DNA from: Lama glama
Taxonomy: Eukaryota
Assembly: GCA_028534125.1 (NCBI GenBank)
Contig: CM052817.1
Coordinates: 105,960,001 to 106,024,000, forward strand
Length of the DNA stretch: 64,000 bases
Direction of reading: 5' to 3'
In this document: piece after piece, positions 24,550 to 37,171 of the stretch
How the letters are laid out: each line of letters starts with the position of its first letter
Position numbering within the stretch: position 1 is the first letter of the stretch
The notes under the pieces: model-generated
Told to the model about the DNA's origin: nothing
Seen by the model: the letters and a program-made list of their open reading frames with translations, nothing else
Database searches by the model: none
Made by a program: the position numbers and the translations under genes

Positions 24550-25480
24550 TGGATAAAATATAATTAGCAATTAAAGAAATGCACGTCAAAACCAGAATGA
24601 GATACCACTTCACTCATGAGGATGATCATAATCATTTTTAAAAATGGAAAATATAAAAATGTTGGCAAGAATGTGGTGAAATTAGAAAATTGGAACCCTC
24701 CTACTTTGTTGGTGAGCTTATAGAATGGTGCACAGCTGGTGTGAAAAACAGTTTGGCAGTTCCTCAAAAAGTCAAACACAGAATTACGGTATGATAGCAA
24801 TTCCATGCCTAAGTGTGTATCCAAAAGCTTTGCATACAGGTGTTCAAATAAAAACTTATATAAGAATGTTTATACCAGAACCATTTCCAAAAGCCAAAGA
24901 GGAAGGCCACTCAAATACCTGTCAGCTGATGAATAGATAGGTAAAATATGGTCTCTCTGTAAAATGGAATACTATTCAGCCATAAAAGAATCAAAGAGTG
25001 ATACATACCACAACATTGATGAACGTTGACAGTATTATTCTAATGAAAAACATCAGACACAAATGACCACTTACGGTATGATTCTATTTATAAGAAATAC
25101 CCAGAATGGGCAAACAGAGACAGAAAGAAAGCACACTAACAATTGTCAAAATATGAGAAAAGGGGACAATGGAACATAAGGGCTACAGGGTTCCTTTGGG
25201 GAGATGAAAATGTTCTAGAACTAGAAATCCAATGCAAGGTTGGTTTAATCCAAATGGAACGCCACTGGTACTCCACCATTTTATATAAGGGACTGGAGCA
25301 TCTGCAGATTTCAGTATCCATGGGGGTCCTGGGACCAATCCCCCGTGGATACCGAGGGGAGACTGCAGTTGCCATAGTTGCACCACATTGTGAATGAACT
25401 AAATGCCACTGCATTGTACATTTTAAAATGGTTAACATGATAAATTTTGTGTTTATCTATATTTTATCACAATAAAAAAA
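24550..25480 (+). mobile_element. L1MB-like ORF2 end and 3' UTR, interrupted by a Tigger2-family MITE
   Basis: 'aaaaccagaatgagataccacttcac', 'aaaacagtttggcagttcctcaaaaag', 'atggaatactattcagccataaaag', and terminal 'tattttatcacaataaaaaaa'. Confidence 0.9.
25235..25367. mobile_element. MER2/Tigger2-family MITE derivative
   Basis: 'ccattttatataagggactggagcatctgcagatttcagtatccatgggggtcctgggaccaatcccccgtggataccgagggagactg' is the MER2 terminal region. Confidence 0.85.
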
Positions 25481-26402
25481 TTCTAGCAATTTAGAATATG
25501 AACCGACAGACCACCAAAAAATTTCATAACTATTTCAAACAATTGGGTCTTCTGAAGGATTAGTGAAGTCTGAGAAAACTATTGTCAGTATGCTGCCAGT
25601 GGCACCAAATATTTGCTAGCAGCTGGAGTTGATGATGTCTAATGATCCTGTAACAGTTAGATTTTTTTTTAAATAAAAATCTGACCTTATCCTCCAAACA
25701 ACACTTTAAAAATTTATACATTTTAATTGCTTAACCAGATGGCTATTTAATTATGAAAATTTTAAACAGTAAATGCAGGGGTGTATCTTCATTAAAACGG
25801 TCATTTTCACACAGCACAAACCATATTTGTGTATTATAGGATAGTTCTTGCCAAATTCTATTTCTTAGATGTGGCACTTTTTATTTTAGGGAATCTATAC
25901 AGCTTTGGATCAAGTAAATAATGAGTTTAATTTCCCAGGGGGGCATCTCATGGTGTGATGTATTAGATGGTTTGTGTTGTATATGTAATTGGTACTTTTA
26001 TTGTATACTCTGTGATATATACGGAATTATTTTAAAACAACAAGGACAGCTACTTCCCTGGGCAAGGATGGAGAAGGTGAGAATGGGAAGAGGAGGAAAT
26101 ACATGCGGATTTCATAGAGAAATCTTTCTCTTATCTTCCATCGGGAATGAGAGATTGAGAACTACTACAGTTGTTTCCAGCGTAGATTGGAAATCTGAAA
26201 TAAACTCTCAAAAAATAACCTCGTGAAGAATAAGAATCATGTTATAGTTGTTAAAAAATATGAATTCAGACCTCTCAAAAATTCCTGTTGTTATTATTTA
26301 ACATTCTAGAAAGTTATTTAAATGATTTTTATAGATAGTGTTATATAAAAGTAGCTGTGCTGGATTAAACCTACTTAAGCACCATAATTAAGATTAAGTG
26401 TC

Positions 26403-27010
26403 TATTGAGACACATAATTCTCCATGAGCATCTTATGTTCACACAGGCTGGATCTTCCAAGCAAAGGGCACTGGCAACCTTTGCAAAGATATTTGCATAT
26501 TTGCAAAGACATATTCCCTTTATTAGACTATGCTGTCGTGAGTAAACACATTCCGTTTATCTTTGAGACTCAGAACTTTGCTATGCATAGTCAAGGCATA
26601 GAAAACATTCCTTGAAGACATAGACAGCGTCTCCATCCAAGCCCGAGAGGGTGGCTTTTTCATCACACAGGCAGAGAGTGTCTCCCTCCTCAGAGGCATT
26701 CCAGGAGAGTGAAATACCATTCCCCTCTCTGGAATAGAATTTATTCTCTTCATTCCAGAATAAAGATACGTTCTCTCTCTCTCTCTCTCATATAGACAGG
26801 TAAGCATCAGCCCTGTCTGTACTCACTGTTTCCCAATACAGAGCTCCTTGTTCATACTTGACCCCATGGTATGTGCAAAACCATCTAAAATTCACCGAGC
26901 CACCCTCATGGGAACTGATACCCAAAAAACTGACACACGATATTGCTATGGCTGGTGCTATTTCTGTGAATAGTAAGTGGTCTTTGTCTCTGACCCAAAG
27001 AATCTCCTGT
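26403..27010 (+). mobile_element. Old ERVL-class LTR (MER54/MER73-like)
   Basis: Start 'acataattctccatgag' and end 'tgtgaatagtaagtggtctttgtctctgacccaaagaatctcctgt' match that family's pattern. Confidence 0.65.
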
Positions 27011-27699
27011 ACACACAGACACCCACATATGCACATACATATATGTCCATAAATATCTATAGTACATTTATGTACCATAAATGTGTGCATATACACACTT
27101 AATGCATACGTACAAATACAGGCACAGATATTTGTAACTATGGTAGGCTAATTTGCTAGCTTAGCTTGTGAGCTTAAAATCTCAGACCCTTCAAAGTTCT
27201 AGACTAACAGTATTCAGCACAGTCAGGCAAAACCAACTAAGCAGAACAATTGGCACAATGTTAGATGTGTTAAAATTTCCCACTTCTCTCCAGGTGTGTT
27301 GTATGACAACCAGCCACATATTGTTTCTTTACTAGTCTATACTGAAGGAAATAAATACATTGAATTTGTTTTTATGACACAGAATAATGTTATATCTTAG
27401 AAGGGAAGTAAAACCTCATATGCTTTACTGTCATTGAATCCAATGGTTTACAAATTTAAAACAATATTTTAAAGCTTGGCTGACTGTGCTAGTATTTGAA
27501 AGACTAGAGCTACTTAAAGACTTCAGCAGAACTTAAGTTCCCTTGACTTACAGGATCTAATATAGATCAAATATAAAAATGTAAATACATCTATGATGGA
27601 TTTACCTACGGCTGTAAAAATGTAAAAGAATATTGTTAACAATTTGCTTCTGAAATAATTCTGTAAAGATGAACTCATTAAATTCACAGATGGCTATAA

Positions 27700-28186
27700 T
27701 TTAGACTGCGGACAGGGTATGCTGCCTGCCCTTGCAGTAAACGACAAATGCTGTTCACCACCAAGCCGTCAGTCACTGTGGCTGCCCCCACCAGAGTGCC
27801 CCTGAGGGGCATTAAGAATGGAGAAAAAACAAGAAGCATGATGTGTTTAGGATAATAGCTCTATGCAGTTGAGATGTATATTTAAGGGAAATTTCAATGA
27901 ACCCAAACCCTTGCATCTTCCCATACACAGGAAAGCAAAAACTCATTAACTTGAGATGTCTGTTTTGGGGGATTAGCAGTAATCTTTGATGTTCACTACA
28001 TTTTTATATTTTTTGTTCTTGATTTTTCCAGCAAAAACTCCTTGTACCCCAGCTCCTTCATTACCTCTTCAGAGCAATTCCTCAGAGTGATCTGAGAGGC
28101 TGCCTCCCGGGCTATAGTTCTCAGTAAGGTCCCCAAATAAAACACAACTTGTGACTTTGAGGTTGGGCATTTTTCTTCAGTCGACA
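27700..28186 (+). mobile_element. Solo ERV1 LTR (MER41-related artiodactyl type)
   Basis: Ends 'ttcagtcgaca' with AATAAA at ~28136. TSD ATAA at 27696-27699 / 28187-28190 (the 5' TG reads TT). Homologous to the antisense LTR at 31495-31971. Confidence 0.88.
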
Positions 28187-28351
28187 ATAATGATCACGGA
28201 ATAGCAGAACTTGAAAACTTTTGCAAAGTGAGAAAATAGGAGCAGAGCTATTTTTAACTATAATGTGTTTTATAAACATAATGTCTCCTGAATAGAATCG
28301 TTCATTTGATACAGTTCCACATCTTGTGTCATTACCATTTCAGTGAATATA

Positions 28352-28885
28352 TGTTACTTACTAACTTCCAGGTCATTATTCATACATTTGTGTGGGGTAA
28401 GCCCTGACAAGTGTTTTTGTTTCTTTCTTTTTTGTAATGCAAGTGCCTGACCTAGGTTTGGTGCTGTGGCATCCACTTCAAGGACAGCTATCTCTAACAC
28501 ATTGCCAGTTGCAGACAGATAAAGAACCAGGTCATCTCCTTCCATTGAGGCTACTTTGTTTTAGAGATCTTGACTGAGTTCAAAAACTGACCATTAGGCT
28601 ACTTGCGGTCTTTTTTCCCCCACACTTTAAATTCCTGCTCTTCTGTTTTAAATTCAATAAAAAAGCCCACTAAGCCCTAGGGCTGGCCCCACCCTCCATC
28701 CCAATAAAGCACAACCCCTCTTGCACCCTCTCTACCTATTACCTGGCTGTGTGGCTCCAGGCGCGCTGTGTAATTTCTAGGTCTTGTAAGTGGTAAACTT
28801 ATTTTTTTTTACAAGTTTCCTGATTTTTGCTGAAGGGAGTCTTGTGATCACAATAAGAACCACAAAGATTGATACAACCACAACA
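28352..28885 (+). mobile_element. MER74-like ERVL LTR
   Basis: Terminus 'tgctgaagggagtcttgtgatcacaataagaaccacaaagattgatacaaccacaaca' matches the remembered MER74 end. TG start. Confidence 0.75.
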
Positions 28886-28908
28886 CTGGTTATTAATAGG
28901 ATGAGACA

Positions 28909-29118
28909 GGGTAGGGGGGCAGGTGGAGGGGTAAACTGGGAGTTTGGGATGTACAGATATGCAGTAGTATATGTAAAATAAATAAACAATGAGATTCTAC
29001 TCTATAGCATAGGGAACTATAGTCAATATCCTATAATAACTTATAATGAAAATGAAACACTGTGCAATACACCAGAAATCAACACATTGTAAACTGACTA
29101 TAGGTTAATTAAAAAAAA
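28909..29118 (+). mobile_element. Short young L1 3' end with perfect TSD
   Basis: L1 3' UTR plus A-run. 14-bp TSD aataggatgagaca at 28895-28908 and 29119-29132. Confidence 0.95.
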
Positions 29119-29152
29119 AATAGGATGAGACAATCAAAAAACATTTTAAGAC

Positions 29153-29215
29153 TATATATATATATACATATATATATACACATACACACACATTATATAC
29201 ACATGCACACATTTT

Positions 29216-29258
<43 letters not shown>
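29153..29258. repeat. Compound (TA)n/(CA)n microsatellite
   Basis: Directly visible. Confidence 0.95.
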
Positions 29259-29260
<2 letters not shown>

Positions 29261-30318
29261 TTGGGGTGGGGGTATTTAGGCCTGGGACATTGTGTAGGTC
29301 CTTGTAAGCACTATGTCCATTTCACCCAATGAATTTAAAAGGAAAAAAACAAAAAAAACCAACATAACAGCATATCCCTGCCTAGAACCACACTTAGAAT
29401 CTTGGTTTACTTAAAAGATTGCTAGGAAAATTCTGTGTTCATAAGACAAACCTAGATTACTTTATTCATTATTATTCTCTGATGGCACGTGGATTTGTGT
29501 AAATCACTCCTTGAGGGGACTGTAGTTATCATTCCTTTCCAGAGATTATTTCAATTGATAAAACTTGGGATTCTGATTTTTCACTTCTAACGTTCCGAGA
29601 GAATTTCAACTCTGTATGTTTTATTCTGTTTTTATTTTATTAAAAGAGTAGAACATGCTTCACGCACAAAAGGGAGACTCTAATTACTTGGGATCACACT
29701 GAGGAAACCAGAACAATTTTATCAGAGAGTTTGAGAGAAAAGGCAGAGGACCTGAAGATTTATGAGATAGGCTCAAATTACCTAAATAGCCAGCACTACA
29801 ATGTGAGGAATCATTGGAAACATACACCCTTCTCAGCAAACATGATTCCACTTTAGGAATGGGGTTAGCTAAATACTTTCTGATTTTCAAGGATGCTTTA
29901 GTTTGAAACATGAATTTTTAAAATGATGACAATTACAAAAATATCTTTAATTGTTTTAATTTTGCACTTTGCCCAATTAATTAAGAGTATTTTTTTTAAA
30001 TTCTCCATCTAGGTAGTTTAAAGGATCTATATAAAACATAAATTGGAAAAATAAAGATTGCATTTACTTTTTTTGTAGAATGCTACAATTTTAAATCAAT
30101 TTTTTTTTCTGATTCTTAAATGAAAGCAATGCGACAATATCTTTAATTTACAGAAAGCCCTTGCACCTTGAATAGAAAATCAAAAAGTTAGTTGCCTTGG
30201 AAACTAAAGAATTTCATATCACACTCAATACAGTATTAACCCAGTATCACGTGGCTGTGATATCACACTTAGAAAAAAGGCATTGATTGTATGATTGTGA
30301 TCTTTTTTATGTAGGTTT

Positions 30319-30818
30319 NNNNNNNNNNNNNNNNNNNNNNNNNNNNNNNNNNNNNNNNNNNNNNNNNNNNNNNNNNNNNNNNNNNNNNNNNNNNNNNNNN
30401 NNNNNNNNNNNNNNNNNNNNNNNNNNNNNNNNNNNNNNNNNNNNNNNNNNNNNNNNNNNNNNNNNNNNNNNNNNNNNNNNNNNNNNNNNNNNNNNNNNNN
30501 NNNNNNNNNNNNNNNNNNNNNNNNNNNNNNNNNNNNNNNNNNNNNNNNNNNNNNNNNNNNNNNNNNNNNNNNNNNNNNNNNNNNNNNNNNNNNNNNNNNN
30601 NNNNNNNNNNNNNNNNNNNNNNNNNNNNNNNNNNNNNNNNNNNNNNNNNNNNNNNNNNNNNNNNNNNNNNNNNNNNNNNNNNNNNNNNNNNNNNNNNNNN
30701 NNNNNNNNNNNNNNNNNNNNNNNNNNNNNNNNNNNNNNNNNNNNNNNNNNNNNNNNNNNNNNNNNNNNNNNNNNNNNNNNNNNNNNNNNNNNNNNNNNNN
30801 NNNNNNNNNNNNNNNNNN
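30319..30818. other. Assembly gap (500 N)
   Basis: N-run. Confidence 1.
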
Positions 30819-31369
30819 GTCCTGGCAGGTCTCTAGAATTACCCCTGGGGGACCACACCTAACTTACTGCAGGATCGGGCTCAGGCCATTCCTCCGTGAC
30901 CTCATCAGGCCATTCCTAGGGCTAGGATAGGTCTTTCCTGACACTGACGGGCAAAAAGCTGCTGAAATTAGAGAACATGCCTCTTGATCAGTGATGATTT
31001 CAGAGAAAGATCTTGAGCAAAAGGAGAAAATGTAGAACAATAGTAAACAGAAATCTCAAGTAAATAGAGTTTGGAGACCAGAATGGGGAGTTCTCATGCC
31101 CCGTGATGACTGCAGAGCCCAACAGGAAGGACAAAGACCCCTCTTCTTTCCTGACAAGGACTCAGCCAGTGGAAATCCATGTACTCTTTGTTCATGATAG
31201 CCCTCCCAACTTCCTTTCCCCTATACAAAGGCATCCTCCTTCCCTTGCTGGGTAGGGATTTGCACGTGGCTCACCAAGGTTAGACCCTGAATTGCAGTTC
31301 TCTGTTGACTCTAAATAAACCCATCTTTGCTGGAGAAATATCTGGTAGTCTATTTGTTTACGATCAACA
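30819..31369 (+). mobile_element. ERV1 (MER4-group-like) internal 3' end, polypurine tract and 3' LTR (31031-31369)
   Basis: Purine tract 'aaaaggagaaaa' lies directly before TGTAGAA. AATAAA at ~31314 and terminus 'gatcaaca'. Confidence 0.8.
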
Positions 31370-31992
31370 ACATTTAACAGGTATAGTATATTGTAAACAT
31401 TACTTTTTCATATAGCAGGAAACCAAAAAAAAAATTGCGTGACTTTATTGTGATATCCACTTTACTGTGGTGGCTTGGAACTGAACTTGCAGCATGTTGA
31501 CTGAAATAAACGCACAGCCTAAACGTTAAGTGTTATGTTTTATTTGGCGGGAGGACAAGAGCCAGGATGACAGCCCCTCAGGTGTTTCTGAGGGACTGCT
31601 CTGAAGAGGTAGGGGAGGAGCCAGGATCTATAGGAGCTTTACAACAAAGACCAGGTAGTTGGAACATTAAAAGATTACTTGTTATCTAAAGAAAACCAGG
31701 CATATCAAGTTAAAAAATTTAGTGCTTTTCTACGTGTGGGAGGAAGCAAACATATATAGGCTCACAGAATTCATTCCTTTGACAAGCACCCAGCTATCTA
31801 GGGCCAGTATCCTGTCCTTTCTTATTCTGAGTGCCCTCAGGGTGCACCATTGTGAGTGGCTGCAGAGGCTGGGGCTGCAGGTCTGTCCTCGCTGGGGGGT
31901 GGCGGCAGCTGGTGATGCCTTGGTTTCAGCATTTTTTGTTTACTGACGTGGTTGCAGTATTTTCGTTCACAAGCATCCCAGAGGTATGCTTG
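31370..31992 (+). mobile_element. Tigger1 3' end split by an LTR (31370-31494 and 31972-31992)
   Basis: 'ggaaaccaaaaa...gtgactttattgtgatatccactttactgtggtggcttggaactgaacttgcagca|tcccagaggtatgcttg' rejoins into the Tigger1 terminus. Confidence 0.85.
31495..31971 (-). mobile_element. Solo ERV1 LTR (MER41-related) with 4-bp TSD
   Basis: TG...CA termini with TSD AGCA (31491-31494 / 31972-31975). Antisense poly(A) signal tttatt at ~31539. Confidence 0.93.
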
Positions 31993-33290
31993 CATTATAG
32001 CAGTTACATTATACTTAGTGATTTCAAGGGATTTCATCTCATTGGTATTATTAATAATAACCAAATGAAAGGAATTAGGTAGCCTTTTTTTTTTCTTGTT
32101 TTGGAAGGGCGAAGTTGGCAAAAACATTTTTAAGTTGCAACAAATGTTTTTACCATGTAGTTTATGCTTCTTTACTGAGTTGTAATTTACATAAAATAAA
32201 ATTAAACCATTCCAAGTATACTTTTGAATGCATTTACATAATTACTCATATTTACAATCAAATGTAAAATAATTTCATCACCCCAAGAATTATTTTTATA
32301 GTGCAGACTGAGCTCTCCGTTAGTGTGTATTTATAGGTGTGTTCACAATGATTTGCTTCCAAGCAAAATCTAGAACCTTATGGCATTCTGTTTGTTTATT
32401 TGTTTCAGAAAACTACTCAAAGAGTAACAATGTTAGAACCATCTGTAAGGCTCTATAATTCCTCTTAAATTTTTCTTTGAGGAACATTTTGAGTGTATAG
32501 AAATATTTTTGTGTTCCTGCAGAATAGAGGATTCCTGCCTTAATTTTGTTAAGAACTGGCGATTCTTGACTAAGAATAACCTTGGGAAATTCATTTACAT
32601 CTGTAGAGATTGTGAAAGATCTCCAGAGAGATTTATCTAACTCTAAAGTATGTGTATACATCGCAAGGGAAAATGAAGACCAGTGCCAGGGAGATATTAC
32701 TGGGCTGTAAATTTCTGAAATACCAAGACTGATCTGGTCCTTGGAGCATTTATTTACACATCATAGAGTTAGTGTGTGGACTCAGAATCCTTTTCATTTT
32801 GTCTCCAAATAGCAAAAGGTTTTCAGCCTCTAAAGGAGGTAAGGGTTATCAGCTGCATTGTTTTAATGTATATAAGCAGAGAAAATCAATTTTTTTCTTT
32901 TCCTTATCTATAATGCAGATTTAGAATTTTGTATGTTTGAGACATTTAGGGTTTTATTGCAATACCCCAGTTGTTGGAATTGGTCTGTGGGGAACCCCAA
33001 GCATATTATTTGATCTTTAAGTAAACAATAATAACGTTTTCATGATTCCAAAACCTTATGTATATTTGGAGAGTATTTAAATAAATATTTAAATATTATT
33101 TAGATTATTTAAATAGTCTATGGATGATTTAAATCATTTAATGTGATTATTAAAAACCCAAATATGTCAAAATTCAAAAGTCCACTTGGAGGAAGGCATA
33201 TGGAATTTTCTATCATCATACACAATGTATCATTTCCTATTTGTTGCATAATTTTGTGGGAAACCATAAATTTGAAAATACATTTGAATG

Positions 33291-33880
33291 TGAAGGGAGA
33301 TTAACCAAATGGCCATGTTTAGGCTAACAGATTGCTTATTCTTATGCTTGCCCTTAAAACGGTCAACTGACCTGACTGACTGGTTGCTACTCACAGCTCC
33401 AGGCCCTGTAGTTAAAATAAAGCTATTCATTTTACTGTTTCTGCTTTATTCCAGTAATCAAAAGTAATAATCATGCTTGGTTTCTGAGTTGTTCTCCAGG
33501 GAGAAAGTCACAGAATTGTAACCTTACAAAATAGGCTAAATACCAAGAATACCACACCTTGGGTGCTTAGAGGTAAAGAGATAAACAAAGAAAGTGACAA
33601 CAGCTAGCTTCTATAGAATTGGTCACCTGGAGGCATCATGACACCACTCTAGTCTTATGATGAGAAAATGATTCTGTTGATTATTTATCATTTGAGCTAC
33701 AGCTATATAATCACCCTACCCCATCCCCAAAGGGGGTTCACAGTTTTGAAGGCACCAGCCTTTTGTGAGTCCCCTTTGCCCTGCAAAGTAATAAAGCTGT
33801 CTCTTTTCTTCTAAGCTCCAGCACCCAGTCTCAGTTTCAATTTGGCTAGTCAGGGACAGGAGCCAACCTTTTGACAAAAA
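33291..33880 (+). mobile_element. Solo ERV1-class LTR
   Basis: Starts TGAAGGGAG. 'ctatataa' at ~33703 and AATAAA at ~33790. Candidate TSD AATG (33287-33290 / 33881-33884); the terminal CA is degenerate. Confidence 0.7.
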
Positions 33881-33899
33881 AATGGACTTGTTCCAGTGA

Positions 33900-35230
33900 T
33901 GAAAAGTGATTGACATCAGACTGCTCTTAATTCTCTAAAAATCATCAATCTGGACAAAATAAATGAGATAAAAATATGAGATAAATGCTTTTCAGCATTT
34001 GGTAAAACTGATTACAGGAAGAAAACTCATGATGCACATCACCGCCCAGATTTGACCCCAGCTCTTGGTCCGTGTTCTGTTTCTGAACCGGTGGGGCAAG
34101 CTCAAGTCCAAGTAGACCGTGGTGGTCCCTCTGAGCTGAGGAGGCGCAAATCAGAGCTCAGGGCAGATGAAGTGTCTGAACTCAGCAGATTAGAACACAG
34201 GAGAGGAGGATGTTTCCCAGACAGAAACCCCAGATCTTTTTGTGGAGATTCCCTGAGATCCCTTGCCCAAGAACCTGGCAGTGCATGCTCAGAGCATCTT
34301 CATATGAGACTTACCAGAAGAAAGTTGCCATGGGATAGAAAATATGAGAGACACTAGATGTCAAGAACTGCAGTGGAAATGTTGGATTTCCAGATAAGTC
34401 ATGATGTATATATTACCACCCCTTAGCATTCAACCTTGACAACACAAAGCCTGTACTTTAGCAGCAAAGGCTGTTTCTCAGGTCTTGAATGGACTATTAT
34501 CTTAAGAACACCTAAAAGCAAACCCTGCAAAACCCGCAGGGAAGACAAAACTGAAGGTCAAGTCTACTGTGTGAGAGGGACATGGACAACCCCTTGGATT
34601 TTTCCCAGATATGCACAAGACGAACTGAAAAACAAGTTGCCCAAGTTCAAGTCAAATATAACAATTCTGGGGATCTTCCACGTATCATCAACAGTGTCTT
34701 TCCCAAAGTAAAAACTATTCAACATGGGACAAAAGCAGGATAATGCTACAGAGCCAAATCATTTATCCCAGATGACTCTGATGTTGGATATAGGAGACAG
34801 ATGTAAAAGAAGTATCTTTGAATGTTTTCAAATTACTAGTGAAAAATATGATTAAAGAAAAAGGTAAACATAAAAAAAATAAAGGAAACCGTGAATAATT
34901 GATAAACAGACCAACATTGAATGATAAATATTCTATTGGGAAAAAAACAAACTTAAAATAGTGCATACTATATTATATCATTATATAAAGTTGTAGAATG
35001 TATAGCACTAATCTATTGTTAAAAATTACATCAGTGGTCACTGGTACCAAGGTGGGAGAGATTCATTGTAAAGGGGAACCAGGAGGCAGGCTGAGGTGAC
35101 TGAAGGAAATATTCTGCATCTCTGTTAAGGTGATGGTTATATCAGTGTATGTATTTGTCAAATGTCACTGAATTGGGCACTTACAATACTAGCATTTTAA
35201 TTTATGCAATATATACCTTAATAAACTTGA
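33900..35230 (+). mobile_element. Old L1M 5'-region remnants (~33900-34900) and L1M 3' end (~34950-35230)
   Basis: 'ggtggtccctctgagctgaggagg..aaatcagagctcagggc' resembles an L1M 5' UTR. 'ggtgatggttatatcagtgtatgtatttgtcaaa...tataccttaataaa' is an L1ME tail. Confidence 0.6.
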
Positions 35231-35963
35231 GAGATTATATTTGACCAAAAATCATCTCAAATTATATTTTGTTATATATCATTCCTGGTGAAATGCTTTG
35301 TATCTTTAACCAATGATGTCTAAAATCTTATAATAAGATTTTATTTCACACATGTCTTATATTTTCAGTTCAGACAGTGTGGCACACAAAATTTAGAACA
35401 AAACAGCACAACTGATTTCCAGGAAGAAATTTTGTGTCACAGCAGGTATCTGAAAACAGTCATCATTTTTTGCTGTGATCGCTTGTTTAAAATGCTCTCG
35501 GGTGTGTTCAGAGTTGCAACAGATGCTAGTGTAACTGGAGTAAAATACGATTATGCCAACACTAAGAAAAATGTTTTTAATCAGTAATTACTAAAAATTT
35601 CATAGAATTTCACTCATTTGCCTTAAAATCAATGCAAAGTATCTCATGTGTAGTAATCGTTCAAAATATGCCAATGCTTCCATATGTACTAAATGTTTCC
35701 TGGAAATAATAAAAAATAAGATTCTTATTTTTAACAGTACTTGCATTTTTTCATTTTAATGATTAAGTAACCAAAAGGAATCAAATAATAGTTGAAAAAA
35801 TCCAAATTAAACCTCTGCTACATACTTGAAGAAGGATTTTTTAAGTCTCCTGCTCACTCTACAAGTCCTTATTTGTTTGCTGTTTTAGCTTATTTTTCTA
35901 CTATATTGAATCATTTGGTTGTTTTTCCAGATAGTCTCTACAGATTTTTTTTTAAATCAAACT

Positions 35964-37171
35964 TGAGACAGGAAGAAAGGGGACAAGGCATTGCCATCCA
36001 AAGAATAATGAGACAGGAGGGAGGGGGGCAGGGCACAGCCACAGCCATTCAAGGAATGAGAGTGATTAATGCCAAAATGGCAGAAGATTCAATTACCAAT
36101 AGGCCTTGGGACTCAAGATGGAGGTGGTTTGACTTCCAGAAGACCTTGAGCTTCATTATAGGCTCATTGTAATATTAACATGATAAATGGTACTCCCACA
36201 GGTGCCACAGTGTCAAGGTTAACCGTGAAAGGTCAAAGAGTGGGCAGTAGCCAAATTCTTGGGAATCCCAGCCCCTTCCCCAGGGTAGTTGGAATGGTCC
36301 TTCCACTTGTTAGCATATGAAGCTACTGAGCCCATAAAAACTGCCAACACCACACCTCATGGCCTCCTCTCTCACTCCCTCCTCTTCAAAGATGGCCCGC
36401 ACTCTGTCTGTGGAGTGTGTACCTACTTTTACTTTAACCAGAGCACCCAACCCCCACACCTCATAGCCTTTCTCATGCCTCTTGAAACAGCCTGCAGCCT
36501 ACACTCTATGCAGTATGTATCTTCCTAAATAAATCTACCTTTACTCAACTGTGGCTCACTTTTGAATTCTTTCCTGGATGAAGCCAAGGACCCATACATT
36601 GTGGGGCACATAAGACTCAATGGAGACCTGGGACATGGCCCTAATCATGCCCCACATTTGTTTTTTCCTGAATCAAATTCAAAGCAATTAACACCAAGAT
36701 GGCAGAAGATCCAGCTCCCAGTAGACCTTGAAGCCCAAGATGGCAGGAGATTTGACTTCCAGTAGATCTTGAGTTTCCTTATACACTTATTATATTACCA
36801 TAGTTAATGACACTCCCACAGGCTCCATGACAGTTCCGAGGCTGCCCATGAAAAGTTAAAAAGTGAGTGGTGGCCCAATTCCTGGAGATCTCTGCCCCTT
36901 CTCCAAAGTAGTTGGAATAATCCTCCCACTTGTTAGCATAAGAAGTCACCAAGCCCATAAAAACTAACCACCCCACACCTCATGGCCTCTCTCTTGCCTT
37001 CTAAGACAGCCTGCACTCTGTCTATGGAGTACATATCTCTCTGAATAAATCTACTTTTACTCAACTGTGGCTTGCTCTTGAATTCTTTCATGGGTGAATC
37101 CAAGGACTCACACTTGGCAGGGCACGTCCCAGGGACTCAGTCGAGACCTAGGATTTGGTCATCCTGTAACA
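35964..37171 (+). mobile_element. Solo ERV1 LTR (outer, TSD AACT) containing a second LTR of the same family at 36009-36675
   Basis: Outer TGAGACAGG...TGTAACA with TSD AACT (35960-35963 / 37172-37175). Inner TGAGACAGG...GAATCA. The two bodies are colinear and share 'cccacttgttagcata', 'gcccataaaaact' and 'aataaatctac'. Confidence 0.9.

Noticed and set aside
33070..33150. AT-rich palindromes and hairpins (also ~2325-2365, ~50391-50445) and a 14-bp direct repeat at 18895/18916
   Set aside because: Expected in very AT-rich DNA through chance and slippage. No miRNA-quality stem.
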